In this document: one piece after another, positions 1-10,780 of the stretch
Numbering within the stretch: position 1 is the first letter of the stretch
How the letters are laid out: every line of letters starts with the position of its first letter
Assembly (NCBI GenBank): GCA_002269645.1
Contig: NIVC01001807.1
Location: 1-39,708, forward strand
Direction: 5' to 3'
Source of the DNA: Macrostomum lignano
Lineage: Eukaryota
Length of the DNA: 39,708 nucleotides
Position numbers and translations under genes: made by a program
Notes under the pieces: model-generated
Told to the model about the DNA's origin: nothing
What the model saw: the letters and a program-made list of their open reading frames with translations, nothing else
The model's database searches: none

Positions 1-26
1 GGAAATTGCAAAATGCAATTTGCTTT

Positions 27-2177
27 CATTGTGCAATCATAATTATTGACTGTTGCTCCCCATCCCAGTACCCACAGCCAGCCATGAGCTACATTGTGCA
101 ATCATAATTATTGACTGTTGCTCCCCCATCCCAGTACCCATAGCCAGCCATGAGCTACATTGTGCAATCATAATTATTGACTGTTGCTCCCCCATCCCAG
201 TACCCACAGCCAGCCATGAGCTACATTGTGCAATCATAATTATTGACTGTTGCTCCCCCATCCCAGTACCCACAGCCAGCCATGAGCTACATTGTGCAAT
301 CATAATTATTGACTGTTGCTCCCCCATCCCAGTACCCACAGCCAGCCATGAGCTACATTGTGCAATCATAATTATTGACTGTTGCTCCCCTATCCCAGTA
401 CCCACAGCCAGCCATGAGCTACATTGTGCAATCATAATTATTGACTGTTGCTCCCCATCCCAGTACCCACAGCCAGCCATGAGCTACATTGTGCAATCAT
501 AATTATTGACTGTTGCTCCCCCATCCCAGTACCTAGCCAGCCATGAGCTACATTGTGCAATCATAATTATTGACTGTTGCTCCCCCATCCCAGTACCACA
601 GCCAGCCATGAGCTACATTGTGCAATCATAATTATTGACTGTTGCTCCCCATCCCAGTACCCACCAGCCATGAGCTACATTGTGCAATCATAATTATTGA
701 CTGTTGCTCCCCATCCCAGTACCCACAGCCAGCCATGAGCTACATTGTGCAATCATAATTATTGACTGTTGCTCCCCATCCCAGTACCCACAGCCAGCCA
801 TGAGCTACATTGTGCAATCATAATTATTGACTGTTGCTCCCCCATCCCAGTACCCACAGCCAGCTATGAGCTACATTGTGCAATCATAATTATTGACTGT
901 TGCTCCCCCATCCCAGTACCCACAGCCAGCCATGAGCTACATTGTGCAATCATAATTATTGACTGTTGCTCCCCATCCCAGTACCCATAGCCAGCCATGA
1001 GCTACATTGTGCAATCATAATTATTGACTGTTGCTCCCCCACCAGTACCCACAGCCAGCCATGAGCTACATTGTGCAATCATAATTATTGACTGTTGCTC
1101 CCCATCCAGTACCCACAGCCAGCCATGAGCTACATTGTGCAATCATAATTATTGACTGTTGCTCCCCCATCCCAGTACCCACAGCCAGCCATGAGCTACA
1201 TTGTGCAATCATAATTATTGACTGTTGCTCCCCTATCCCAGTACCACAGCCAGCCATGAGCTACATTGTGCAATCATAATTATTGACTGTTGCTCCCCAT
1301 CCCAGTACCCATAGCCAGCCATGAGCTACATTGTGCAATCATAATTATTGACTGTTGCTCCCCCATCCCAGTACCCACAGCCAGCCATGAGCTACATTGT
1401 GCAATCATAATTATTGACTGTTGCTCCCCCATCCCAGTACCCACAGCCAGCCATGAGCTACATTGTGCAATCATAATTATTGACTGTTGCTCCCATCCCA
1501 GTACCCACAGCCAGCCATGAGCTACATTGTGCAATCATAATTATTGACTGTTGCTCCCTATCCCAGTACCACAGCCAGCCATGAGCTACATTGTGCAATC
1601 ATAATTATTGACTGTTGCTCCCCCATCCCAGTACCCCAGCCAGCCATGAGCTACATTGTGCAATCATAATTATTGACTGTTGCTCCCCTATCCCAGTACC
1701 CACAGCCAGCCATGAGCTACATTGTGCAATCATTTATTGACTGTTGCTCCCCCATCCCAGTACCACAGCCAGCCATGAGCTACATTGTGCAATCATAAAT
1801 TATTGACTGTTGCTCCCCCATCCCAGTACCCACAGCCAGCCATGAGCTACATTGTGCAATCATAATTATTGACTGTTGCTCCCCCATCCCAGTACCCACG
1901 CCAGCCATGAGCTACATTGTGCAATCATAATTATTGACTGTTGCTCCCCCATCCCAGTACCCACAGCCAGCCATGAGCTACATTGTGCAATCATAATTAT
2001 TGACTGTTGCTCCCCCATCCCAGTACCCACAGCCAGCCATGAGCTACATTGTGCAATCATAATTATTGACTGTTGCTCCCCATCCCAGTACCACAGCCAG
2101 CCATGAGCTACATTGTGCAATCATAATTATTGACTGTTGCTCCCCCATCCCAGTACCCACAGCCAGCCATGAGCTAC
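27..2177 (+). repeat. 66-bp tandem array, ~32 copies; unit cattgtgcaatcataattattgactgttgctcccccatcccagtacccacagccagccatgagcta; the last copy supplies the SMAP start codon
   Basis: ATGAGC recurs at 84, 150, ... 2169 (period 66, some 64-65 bp copies). Unique sequence at 1-26 runs into the unit, and the last unit runs straight into ATG AGC TAC CTG CAC of the ArfGAP CDS. Confidence 0.97.
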
Positions 2178-5116
2178 CTGCACCAGCAGCAGAAGCGGAA
2201 CGGCAGGTCGGCTGCCTCAGGCGGCAAGGCGGACAAGGATAGAGAGCTGCTGCAGGAGGCCTTAGCCTCGCTGCTCAAAGAGGAGGACAACAAGTACTGC
2301 GCCGACTGCGAGGCCAAGAGTCCGCGCTGGGCCAGCTGGAACATCGGCGTGTTCATCTGCATCCGGTGCGCCGGCATCCACCGAAAGTTGGGCGTGCACA
2401 TCTCCAAGGTGAAGTCCGTTAATTTGGACTCGTGGACTCTGGACCAGGTGGCCGGGGTGGCCGCTATGGGCAACACGCTGGCCAGGGCCGCCTACGAGGC
2501 CAATCTGCCTAGCAGCTTTCGCAGGCCGAACAGCGACGCTGGTGGGTTTTTTGTTTTTATTGGCGGCTTTGAGGCTATTTACTTTACCTATAATTCGTAC
2601 CGGGGCTTTGGGCGCTGCCGCAAACCGCAGATACCAGATCAGGCATCTGTCTTTACTGCTCTCTCACGAAAAAAAGCTGTGAAAAAGTAGAGCGTCTACT
2701 CATCTTTCAGTAGTTTGTCTGCGCATGGTCATTTGAATTTATTGTGGCAGCTAAAATTTTCTTTCCTTCCTCGGGGTTTGCGGCCTGAGGAGCATGTGGG
2801 GGGGGGGGTTAAGAATGAACACCAAGCATTTAACTCGATGTACACAAGTGAACGCAAGACGGACGAAACTCAGCCTAGGGGCAGGCCCAATCTATCTCAG
2901 CCAATGAGAGAGCAGTAAGGAGAGAGGTCAAAATTAGACGGACGAAACCTAGGAGGCAAGTCCAATCTAGCTCAGCCAATGAGAGCGCAGTAAGTAGAGA
3001 GGTAAATATTAGACAGACGAAACCTAGGAGACAGGTCCAATCTAGCTCAGCCAATGAGAGAGCAGTAAGGAGAGGTCAAAGTCAGACACAAGCTTGCCAG
3101 TTTATCGACCTGGTTGGGGTGCTGAGACGCCACCCTTTTCTCCTGCTCGCTATGCAGACGCACTGGATTTGGGGTTTTAAAAGTTTTATTGCAATTTTAA
3201 GTCCGAAATGAATTTCTTTCTAAATAATCTCGAGTCTGGAGTCGGTCAAACATGATGAAGATACAGTTTAAAGGTTTTGCTTGCGGAAAGCCGGAGGCGA
3301 TTGTTGCAAGTGCAAAAACTCCTAACATTTGTGCACAATAAATTAAGTTGACCGGCATAATAAATCGAAGTATTTTTCATTTTAAAAGTCATTTCCCCCT
3401 CCCCCACCCCTGACCCGTCCAGGCATGGAGCAGTTCATCAGGGCCAAGTACGAGGACCGGCGCTACCTCATCGCCAACTTTAAGCCGCCCCGGCCGGACC
3501 CGTCCTCGGTGTACAGCCTCGTCAAGTCATCCGCCGCCACAGTCGCGCAGCAGCAGCGGCCCGCTGCCTCCATCGGGGCGATTCCGCGACCGCCTGCCGC
3601 TGCCTCGGCCTCGGCTCCGGCAAGCTCAGCGACTGCGCCCGCAACCGCTGCGAGCAAGGCAGCTGAAGCGGCTCCGCAGCCGACGCCACCGCCAGCAGCG
3701 CGGCCGGCGCAAGACTTGCTGCTGATTGGCGACGATGACCTGCTTGGCGGCGGCTCATCAACGGCCGCGTCAAGGAACGGGTCGGGACTGGCTACTTCGC
3801 CGGACTCCGAGTTCGGCAACTTCACCGCTGCCGTGGGCAACGGGGCACTGCAGCAGCAGCAGGCGGCGGCCACCCAGCCGCGAGTCAATCCGGATTTGAT
3901 CTTTGATGATGGCGGAAGCTGGCCAACCTCGTCAGTGGCGGATGCTTCATCATCAGCTGCCGCCGCAGCACCGCCAAAAATGTCGGCCAAAGACTCCATA
4001 ATGGCCCTGTACGCTGCCCAGCCGCCGGGGATGCAGCAGGTGTTCGCACCAAGCGGCATGCACTACTCGGCGAGTAGCCCGATGCTGGCAACCGGGCAGC
4101 AGGCGCACATGTACCAACAGCAACAGCAGCACCAGTTCTACCAGCAGCAGGTGATGCAGACTGGCTTGTACAGCCAAACTGCTGGCACCCTGCTGTATTC
4201 CACTGGGCAGCAGCAGCAGCAGCCTCAGTTTAATCAGGCTAGTGACAACTTTCAACTGCCGCAGCAACAGCAGCCGTTCCAGCAGCAACAGCAGCCATTC
4301 CAGCAGCAACAGCAGCCGTTCCAGCAGCAACAGCAGCCATTCCAGCAGCAACAGCAGCCGTTCCAGCAGCAACAGCAGCCATTCCAGCAGCAACAGCAGC
4401 CGTTCCAGCAGCAACAGCAGCCATTCCAGCAGCAACAGCAGCCGTTCCAGCAGCAACAGCAGCCGTTCCAGCAGCAACAGCAGCAGCTGTTCTATGGGCC
4501 AACCCCAACAAGTCAGGCCGCTTATCTGCAGCAGGTACATGTGATAAAGGCCAGGGATGAAGGAGCAGCGGGATACTGAGGCCAGGGATGAAGGAGCAGC
4601 GGAATACTGAGGCCAGGGATGAAGGAGCAGGGGATACTGAGGCCAGGGATGAAGGAGCAGCGGAATACTGAGGCCAGGGATGAAGGAGCAGGGGATACTG
4701 AGGCCAGGGATGAATGAGCAGCGGGATACTGAGGCCAGGGATGAAGGAGCAGTGGGAAGCTGAGGCCATGGATGAAGGAGCAGTGGGAAGCTGAGACCAG
4801 GGATGAAGGAGCAGTGGGAAGCTGAGACCAGGGATGAAGGACCAGTGGGAAGCTGAGACCAGGGATGAAGGACCAGTGGGAAGCTGAGACCAGGGATAAA
4901 GGAGCAGCGGGAAGCTGAGACCAGGGATGAAGGAGCAGCGGGAAGCTGAGACCAGGGATGAAGGAGCAGCGGGAAGCTGAGGCCATGGATGCAGATGAGA
5001 GGGGGGGCAGAAGAAGCCGATGCCAATGATGAAAGATGTCTGAGCAACCAGCCGCTGTCCCCGCAGATTCAGAGCCAGATGGCGGGCCTGGGAATCGCTG
5101 GCAAGCAGCAGCAGCC

Positions 5117-5156
<40 letters not shown>

Positions 5157-5198
5157 TCGTCAAGCGGCGGCGGCTTCCCAACGGACATCTGGAACTAA
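2169..5198 (+). CDS. SMAP1: SMAP1/2-like ArfGAP (stromal membrane-associated protein), ~538 aa; exons 2169-2541, 3423-4534, 5067-5198
   Basis: ArfGAP zinc finger CADC-x16-CIRC-AGIH-R with WASWNIGVF. Splice junctions keep frame: GCT G|gtgggt...ccgtccag|GC ATG GAG gives [15 protein letters not shown]; CAG|gtacat...ccccgcag|ATT CAG gives [18 protein letters not shown] clathrin-box-like motifs, an M/Q-rich tail and C-terminal TDIWN* match SMAP family architecture. The SMAP1 vs SMAP2 assignment is not resolvable. Confidence 0.9.
2858..3087. repeat. ~75-bp unit x3 in SMAP intron 1 (gacgaaacctagg...tccaatctagctcagccaatgagagagcagtaag)
   Basis: Three diverged direct copies starting near 2858, 2937 and 3012. 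Confidence 0.8.
4259..4482 (+). repeat. Coding 21-bp repeat encoding (QQQQQPF) x~10 in SMAP exon 2
   Basis: cagcagcaacagcagcc(g/a)ttc units, with ccgttc and ccattc mostly alternating. Confidence 0.95.
4549..4990. repeat. 30-31-bp minisatellite (~14 copies) filling SMAP intron 2
   Basis: Unit ggccagggatgaaggagcagcgggatactga grades to gaccagggatgaaggagcagtgggaagctga. It lies between the donor at 4535 and the acceptor at 5066. Confidence 0.92.
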
Positions 5199-5248
5199 CT
5201 GGTCAATGCAGGTGTTGTGCTGTGTCTGGTGACAACAGAGAGTCCCAT

Positions 5249-5254
5249 AATAAA
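5249..5254 (+). terminator. Candidate polyadenylation signal AATAAA for SMAP
   Basis: AATAAA 50 nt after the stop codon; a second one lies near 5804. Confidence 0.4.
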
Positions 5255-6151
5255 AATACTGCTCGTGTTTAACCAGAGATTTGATTTGTACTATCTCTCC
5301 CAGTCACAGATGCCGCACCTTCTGTTTTCAATTTGCCATGTTGATCCGCCAGCATCAGACTGCCAATCAGAAGCGGCAAGTTGCGCGTGCCCGCTCTGAA
5401 TTCTTATCCGGGCGGGGCTGTTTCTGTGCCGGCCTACTAATGGCTGTTCCAGATTGATTTTCCAGTCTTTTGTTTTGCCTATCAAATTGAAATATCGTAT
5501 CTAACATAGACGGCCTCTGCTGCTACAAATTAGCTGCTATCTTTGTTTTCATTTTTGTTATTCTATTTTCCCCAAGCGAGTTGAAATTCAAGTCAGTTAT
5601 TGTTTTACTCTGTATGCCTTAATTAATCAATTGGTACATTTCCAGATTTTTTTAGTTTCCTGTGATTAACTGAAACAATGCATAAATAATTAAAGAATAG
5701 TACATGGGTGTTTAGCGTTATTTGTGTGCATGTAATTGCGTATTAAATTTATCCTTTTAAGAGAAGCACCAGTACTGCAGACTTCAGTTTCACCTCCTCA
5801 TGGAAATAAATCTGTTTTTTGATTGAAATTTCTTAGATTTCCGTATGTAAAATGTTGCTTACCTGTTGTTGCTTTCAAGAAAACTTCGCGGTTTTTTGCC
5901 AGATCTGCAGCGCAGGGCTGCTTGCGCGATTGGTGAACAAGGAAATGGGAAAACGACAACAATGGAAGCTTTGATTGGCGAAGTAAAATTAGAAGAACGT
6001 TTTATTTCGAAAACAGAACTAAATAATAAATTATGCTCGAATCATTCGCAAATACGAGTACATATTACGCAATCTACAGTGCATTGAGAAATGCTACAAC
6101 CGTACACAGTGTTTTGGGCGCTTTTTTAGTGTCTCGTTGCTTCTGCAATGC

Positions 6152-6706
6152 TCAACGGCGGCGGTAGGCCTTGCCATGACCGTAAGAGTCGTAGCCTGAA
6201 CCATAGCGCGATCCGTAGCCGGAACCGTAGCCTGATCCGTAGCCTGAACCTTGGCCCGATCCGTAGCCGGAACCGTAGCCTGAACCTTGGCCCGATCCGT
6301 AGCCTGAACCTTGGCCCGATCCGTAGCCTGAACCCTGGCCCGATCCGTAGCCGGAACCATAGCCTGATCCGTAGCCTGAACCTTGGCCCGATCCGTAGCC
6401 GGAACCGTAGCCTGAACCTTGGCCCGATCCGTAGCCTGAACCTTGGCCCGATCCGTAGCCTGAACCCTGGCCCGATCCGTAGCCTGAACCTTGGCCCGAT
6501 CCGTAGCTGCCATGACCGTCTTGTTCGTCGTAGTGCCCGGCCCCGTAGCCTGAACCTTGGCCCGATCCGTAGCTGCCATAACCGTCTTGTTCGTCGTAGT
6601 GCCCGGCCCCGTAGCCGTCATAGTAGGTGTCGTAGATATCGACTCTGTCATAGCCGTCACCGTAGGCCACGGCAATCAGGGCGGCGAGGACAAGCAGGCA
6701 CTTCAT
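6152..6706 (-). CDS. Intronless secreted Gly/Ser/Tyr-rich repeat protein (184 aa; SGQGSGYG repeats), candidate eggshell/cuticle/adhesive structural protein
   Basis: True ATG, hydrophobic signal peptide MKCLLVLAALIAVAYG, acidic Tyr-rich N-terminus, SGQGSGYG/SGYG repeats, basic tail KAYRRR*. Upstream TATAAATA and downstream AATAAA at 6001-6006 (-). The function is inferred from composition only. Confidence 0.85.
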   Translation of the reverse strand: MKCLLVLAALIAVAYGDGYDRVDIYDTYYDGYGAGHYDEQDGYGSYGSGQGSGYGAGHYDEQDGHGSYGSGQGSGYGSGQGSGYGSGQGSGYGSGQGSGYGSGYGSGQGSGYGSGYGSGYGSGQGSGYGSGQGSGYGSGQGSGYGSGYGSGQGSGYGSGYGSGYGSRYGSGYDSYGHGKAYRRR

Positions 6707-6814
6707 ACTGGCGCTGGTTAATTTGGTTTGCAGGGGAAGTCAAAAAATGCTTTCTAATTAACGTATAATTTGTTAGCATGCAGGACTGGCTTCATGCTGG
6801 CTGGGGCGCCGGTC

Positions 6815-6920
6815 TATTTATAGCCATAAACCGGTTCAAGTTCAGCTTGCAACGCCACCCAATACGGGGTAGAAATGTTCAGGCAAGACTTCGCGCGAAC
6901 CAATCGGTATCGAGATAGGG
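6815..6920 (-). promoter_or_regulatory. Promoter of Gly/Tyr gene A: TATA box (6815-6822), Inr-like CCAGT (~6786-6790), CCAAT (6900-6904) and AGATAGGG (6913-6920, as read on +)
   Basis: ggctataaatagacc on the minus strand ~110 nt upstream of the ATG; the same motifs recur at the paralog. Confidence 0.65.
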
Positions 6921-7622
6921 TTAAGGGTACGAAATAAGCCTCTCACCAGCATACCCGAAAGTCTACTCCTCCATGTCATGTGACCACGCCGGCCTGCCCG
7001 CCCAGACCCCTAATTATCACGTGACAGCTGTTTTGATATTTTTATTGTATGTTTTTTGTGAACACTAATTTTATCTCTGCACGAGTGAAGAAATACTTGT
7101 GAATGAACTGCTGCGAATGAACTATTGAATTTTTGTGTCTTATTCGTATAGCGCAACATCTTAGTACTCTAGCATAATATAGTAGATGCAGAACTTCGGG
7201 TCATCTTGGGGTCAACTTGAGCCTTTGATGTTGATCGGAGGGCCGTAAGCTTGTCGTCAGGCCTCAGACTCAGCAGCTAAAAGAAGACAGCGAGAGACAA
7301 GCAGCGAAAAATTGAAAGGTAGAAATCAGCTAACCGGAGATTAGACTAATCCGCCGCCATCAGCGCATGCGACTGGCTCACCAAACCGGCACTCTCAAAA
7401 TCTGGTTTCTGGCAGCCAAACAACCAGCGCCTTTAATCTGTCAATCTTGAAGTCTTAGCAGATAGATAGGATGCTGCTGGGACCTGATCGACGCATGTTG
7501 ACCAGCCGGGATGCAGGGACAAGAGCTCGAGAGGACTTTTTCAGGAGCGAGACTATTGTGTCGGGGAATGTACATTACATCAATTCCCATTGTATACATG
7601 TACACGCAAGCTTCTGGACGTA

Positions 7623-8257
7623 TACTCAGCAACAGTCAAAAGTTCCACCCTCCAAATTGCGAAAACTTCACACTCACAATTCAACCCTCAAGTTACGCAA
7701 CTAAGCCGCCGAGAGGAAGGGAAAGTTGATTGACTATCAATACTCGTAGTAAAATCATAAATTTTTATGCAAGTTTCAGTTAGAATCGCGATGCGTGTGG
7801 GATCCCCTCGCACGCAGAAGTGCGACGACTCTGCGGGGCATCCCAATGATGAGGCGGCGCAGAAATTCCTGGGGAAGCCGCTCCGAAGCGTTAATTTCAA
7901 TGGCTCTCTTTTCAATGGCAGAGCTCTCCGCAACATTCTATGGTGGATTCTCTTTTCGAATGCTACGTTTTAGGAAGTCCCAGACATGCTCGATGGGATT
8001 CATGTCTGGGGACCGGGAAGGCCAGCGCAGAGTGCGCAGCTGTAGCTGTTCCTTCAGTTGACTAACAGCATCGGCTTGGTGTGGCGGGGCGTTGTTCCTG
8101 GGCTTGGGTCTGCATAAACTCCAGGCCTGGACCATTAAGCAGACCCAAGCCACCCCAAGCGGCAATAAGCTTTGCGCGTGCCGTAGGTCGCGTCACTCGA
8201 AATAAGTGAAAAAATCATCTCGCTTAGTGGGGTGGAACTTTTGACTGTTGCTGAGTA
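7623..8257 (-). mobile_element. Internally deleted Tc1-family DNA transposon (635 bp) with a degenerate transposase C-terminus
   Basis: Perfect 28-bp TIRs tactcagcaacagtcaaaagttccaccc (7623-7650 / 8230-8257), flanked by TA on both sides. The minus strand encodes NNAPPH...WPSRSPDMNPIEHVWDFLKR and, after an in-frame stop, LIIGMPRRVVALLRARG, typical of the Tc1 DD34E C-terminus. Confidence 0.92.
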
Positions 8258-8456
8258 TAAATGCATGAAATAATGTCTTCCAACTTGATATCACTGGACA
8301 GGGGTGTGGAATCATGCAGCGTGCAGTTGGAGAAGAATCAGAATGTAACTGTTTACCCAGATCATCCCTCAGGGTCACGTACTCGAACCGGAAAGTTGAT
8401 TAAACCCGAGCAGGAAAAATAGGTGGTTAAAATTACAGGGACCAGCTGGTCCTGTT

Positions 8457-8820
8457 TTTTTTATTAGAGGCAGGGGGGTTGTGTGCACCCTGGCGCACTT
8501 TAAAGCGACATAGGCACACAACCGGCGAGAGGCATTACTGCTCATTCCACCAACTCCCCTGAGCAGGCACACAAGCGCGCGGATACGTACGCAGGCACAC
8601 ACTCACACAGGAGTGTACAGCGGCCCTAACTTTATATTATCGTTAGGCATGTACACTTCACTGCGCCTTGGGGGGTTGGCTCTCAAGGCCGTTAATTGCA
8701 CGAGCAGAGACAAGCCGAGATTCCAATTCAGCCCCAAATTAATGTGACTGCACTTGGAATCGAGCCTGGGTCGCTGGCACACCAGAGCAGCTGCGCTACC
8801 GCTGGGCTACAGCCCCCCTT
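8457..8820 (-). mobile_element. tRNA-derived SINE (~360 bp) with A-rich tail and 13-bp target-site duplication
   Basis: The minus strand begins GGGGCTGTAGCCCAGCGGTAGCGC, with box A TAGCCCAGCGG (8799-8809) and box B GGCTCGATTCC (8756-8766), and ends AATAAAAAAAA. Direct repeat agctggtcctgtt at 8444-8456 and 8821-8833. Confidence 0.85.
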
Positions 8821-9558
8821 AGCTGGTCCTGTTAGTGAAACACGTCGATTCTGATTGGCTGAGCCGGTTTGCTAGAACGCACACCAAACTAATTCTGATT
8901 GGCTGAGCTCGTTGCCACCCTTGATCCGGAAAGCCACAAGACCGGGACACAGTCAAAAAGTGACAGGTGCAGCCACAAATAATCGAATTTCGATGCAAAA
9001 AGATTTATGAGTTTCAGTTTCAAGTCCAAAAAAATCAACACGAAAATGTATGAAAAGGAGAGTAAAATTATAGGATAATTTTCCAGAAGGATTGGGATTA
9101 AAGCTTAGAGCGAATATACTTTTTAGGGTAAAGGTCACTGCTGTCAAAATATTGTCACACTGGGAAAAATCCAAAAAAATCTTGAGTGAAAAATGAGAGA
9201 AAGCGCCAGTCACGTGATGTCACGAGGAGCTTTGGTGAGACAGCTAGATATGCAGAAATTCATTTTTATTTTAAATAAGATTTTTAACATCTGCGCGGAT
9301 GGTTGCATGGGATGTGGATTAGCGTACCGAATCGAACGCAGAGCTAATCAAGTAGCAAGTTATTATAACGTTGGAAAGTTTTAAATACGCTCGCATGACC
9401 TTGCTAATTTTGCGATTGCTTTGATAGTACGAACTATAAGTATCAAACTGACGAGATCATAATTTTAGCAGGGGTTGGGAAAACCCATGCCCGCCAAGCC
9501 GCTCTACGAGTATCCGAACCTCGGACTAGTCTTTTTAAACTCCAAAATAGCAATCCGA

Positions 9559-9745
9559 CCCTCCTCTCCCTTCCCCTCTCCTCTCCCTTTTCCCCTCTCC
9601 TCTCCCTTTTCCCCTCTCCTCTCCCTTTTCCCCTCTCCTCTCCCTTTTCCCCTCTCCTCTCCCTTTCCCCTCTCCTCTCCCTTTCCCCTCTCCTCTCCCT
9701 TTCCCCTCTCCTCTCCCTTTCCCCTCTCCTCTCCCTTTCCACTCT
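9559..9745. repeat. Polypyrimidine/polypurine 18-19-bp repeat (ccctctcctctcccttt(t)) x~10
   Basis: Direct reading; one strand is almost purely C/T. Confidence 0.9.
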
Positions 9746-10004
9746 TTTCTTTTCTCTTCTCACTTCCTTAATCTTATTGTAGTTTGAAGACGGCGTAAAC
9801 TATTTATGAATAGGAAATAAACAGACAGAGTCAAATGGATCTGAATACTTTTTTAAGTTTATATGAAAAAACTGCTTTATATTTAGCAAACCATCACTAG
9901 CGTCCGAATGGATCTAGCATATAAATCTGCAATAAACGATCCTACAACAAAACAGTTCTTCACGCGTAGCAATACGCCGATTTGTACCAAGTACAACATG
10001 TACT

Positions 10005-10532
10005 TTAACGGCGGGCGGCCTTCTTGGCTTTGCTGGCCTTGCTGCTGCTGGCCTTGCCACTGCTGCCATAGCCCCGGCCATGCTGGCTGCCGTAGCCGCC
10101 AGCGCCGTAGCCGCCAGCGCCGTAGCCGCCAGCACCGTAGCCGCCAGCTCCGTAGCCGCCAGCTCCGTAGCCGCCAGCGCCGTAGCCGCCAGCGCCGTAG
10201 CCGCCAGCTCCGTAGCCGCCAGCTCCGTAGCCAGGCTCGTAGCCACCGTAGCCGCCAGCTCCGTAGCCAGGCTCGTAGCCACTGTAGCCGCCAGCGCCGT
10301 AGCCAGGCTCGTAGCCACCGTAGCCACCAGCACCGTAGCCAGGCTCGTAGCCACCGTAGCCACCAGCACCGTAGCCAGGCTCGTAGCCGCCGTAGCCGCC
10401 AGCACCGTAACCCTCAGAGCCGTAGCCGGAACCGTAGCCGCCAGCGCCGTAGTTATCGTAGCTATCGTAGCTGTCATAGCCTCCGGCGAAAACAACCGCA
10501 ATTAGGGCGGCAGACACGACCAGAAACTTCAT
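10005..10532 (-). CDS. Intronless secreted Gly/Tyr-rich repeat protein (175 aa; AGGYG and GYEPGYG repeats), paralog of 6152-6706
   Basis: ATG, signal peptide MKFLVVSAALIAVVFA (shares MK-x-L-V/L...AALIAV with gene A), GGYDSYDSYDNYG start, AGGYG repeats, basic tail KAKKAARR*. Upstream TATAAATA. Confidence 0.85.
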   Translation of the reverse strand: MKFLVVSAALIAVVFAGGYDSYDSYDNYGAGGYGSGYGSEGYGAGGYGGYEPGYGAGGYGGYEPGYGAGGYGGYEPGYGAGGYSGYEPGYGAGGYGGYEPGYGAGGYGAGGYGAGGYGAGGYGAGGYGAGGYGAGGYGAGGYGAGGYGSQHGRGYGSSGKASSSKASKAKKAARR

Positions 10533-10628
10533 GCTGGATGCTGCTGTGTTATTAGACGTAGATACGAGATACTCGTAGAAGGCGAATTCACTGCTGGTGA
10601 AGCCTTGTCGAAACGACTGCCCTACATG

Positions 10629-10780
10629 TATTTATAGGGCCGAAGACGGGATTTGGTAGGTGGGGTTTGCACTGCAGAGTTGTCTAATTGTTAACAGCTT
10701 AAATGAACTGTACATACATGGCAGATACGGCGCACACAATAAGCTGTATTTTGTTGCAGCCAATCAGCTTCAAGATAGGG
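10629..10780 (-). promoter_or_regulatory. Promoter of Gly/Tyr gene B: TATA box (10629-10636), CCAAT (10760-10764), AGATAGGG (10773-10780, as read on +)
   Basis: gccctataaatac on the minus strand ~100 nt upstream of the ATG; CCAAT-to-AGATAGGG spacing is identical to gene A. Confidence 0.65.

Noticed and set aside
43-2120. Cys/Ile-rich ORFs ([22 protein letters not shown])n and their antisense versions
   Set aside because: By-product of a 66-bp (multiple of 3) repeat; broken at every indel and mostly started at TTG/GTG.
27-2177. CRISPR-like array (also considered for 21714-24320 and the other arrays)
   Set aside because: Units are head-to-tail with no unique spacers, there are no cas genes, and the context is spliceosomal eukaryotic DNA.
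3463-5272. Long antisense and alternative-frame ORFs over SMAP exon 2 and intron 2
   Set aside because: Shadows of GC-rich coding sequence and of the CAG and 30-bp repeats.
5866-6087. 73-aa ORF containing GEQGNGKTTT (Walker A-like)
   Set aside because: TTG start in an intergenic/3' region, with no further P-loop NTPase elements; probably chance.
8750-8820. Functional tRNA gene
   Set aside because: Boxes A and B are present, but I could not fold a complete cloverleaf; it continues into a body, A-tail and TSD, so it is called a SINE.
8953-9213. Hydrophobic 86-aa ORF that looks membrane-like, next to a GTCACGTGAT E-box
   Set aside because: GTG start, AT-rich F/L/I bias expected from composition, no recognisable motif or splice partners.
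6094-10555. Alternative ORFs over the Gly/Tyr genes (ATDRAKVQ, RSLNLGPI, RSRQ, ATALA repeats)
   Set aside because: Other frames of the same repeats; only the GY frames have an ATG, signal peptide, TATA box and a paralog.
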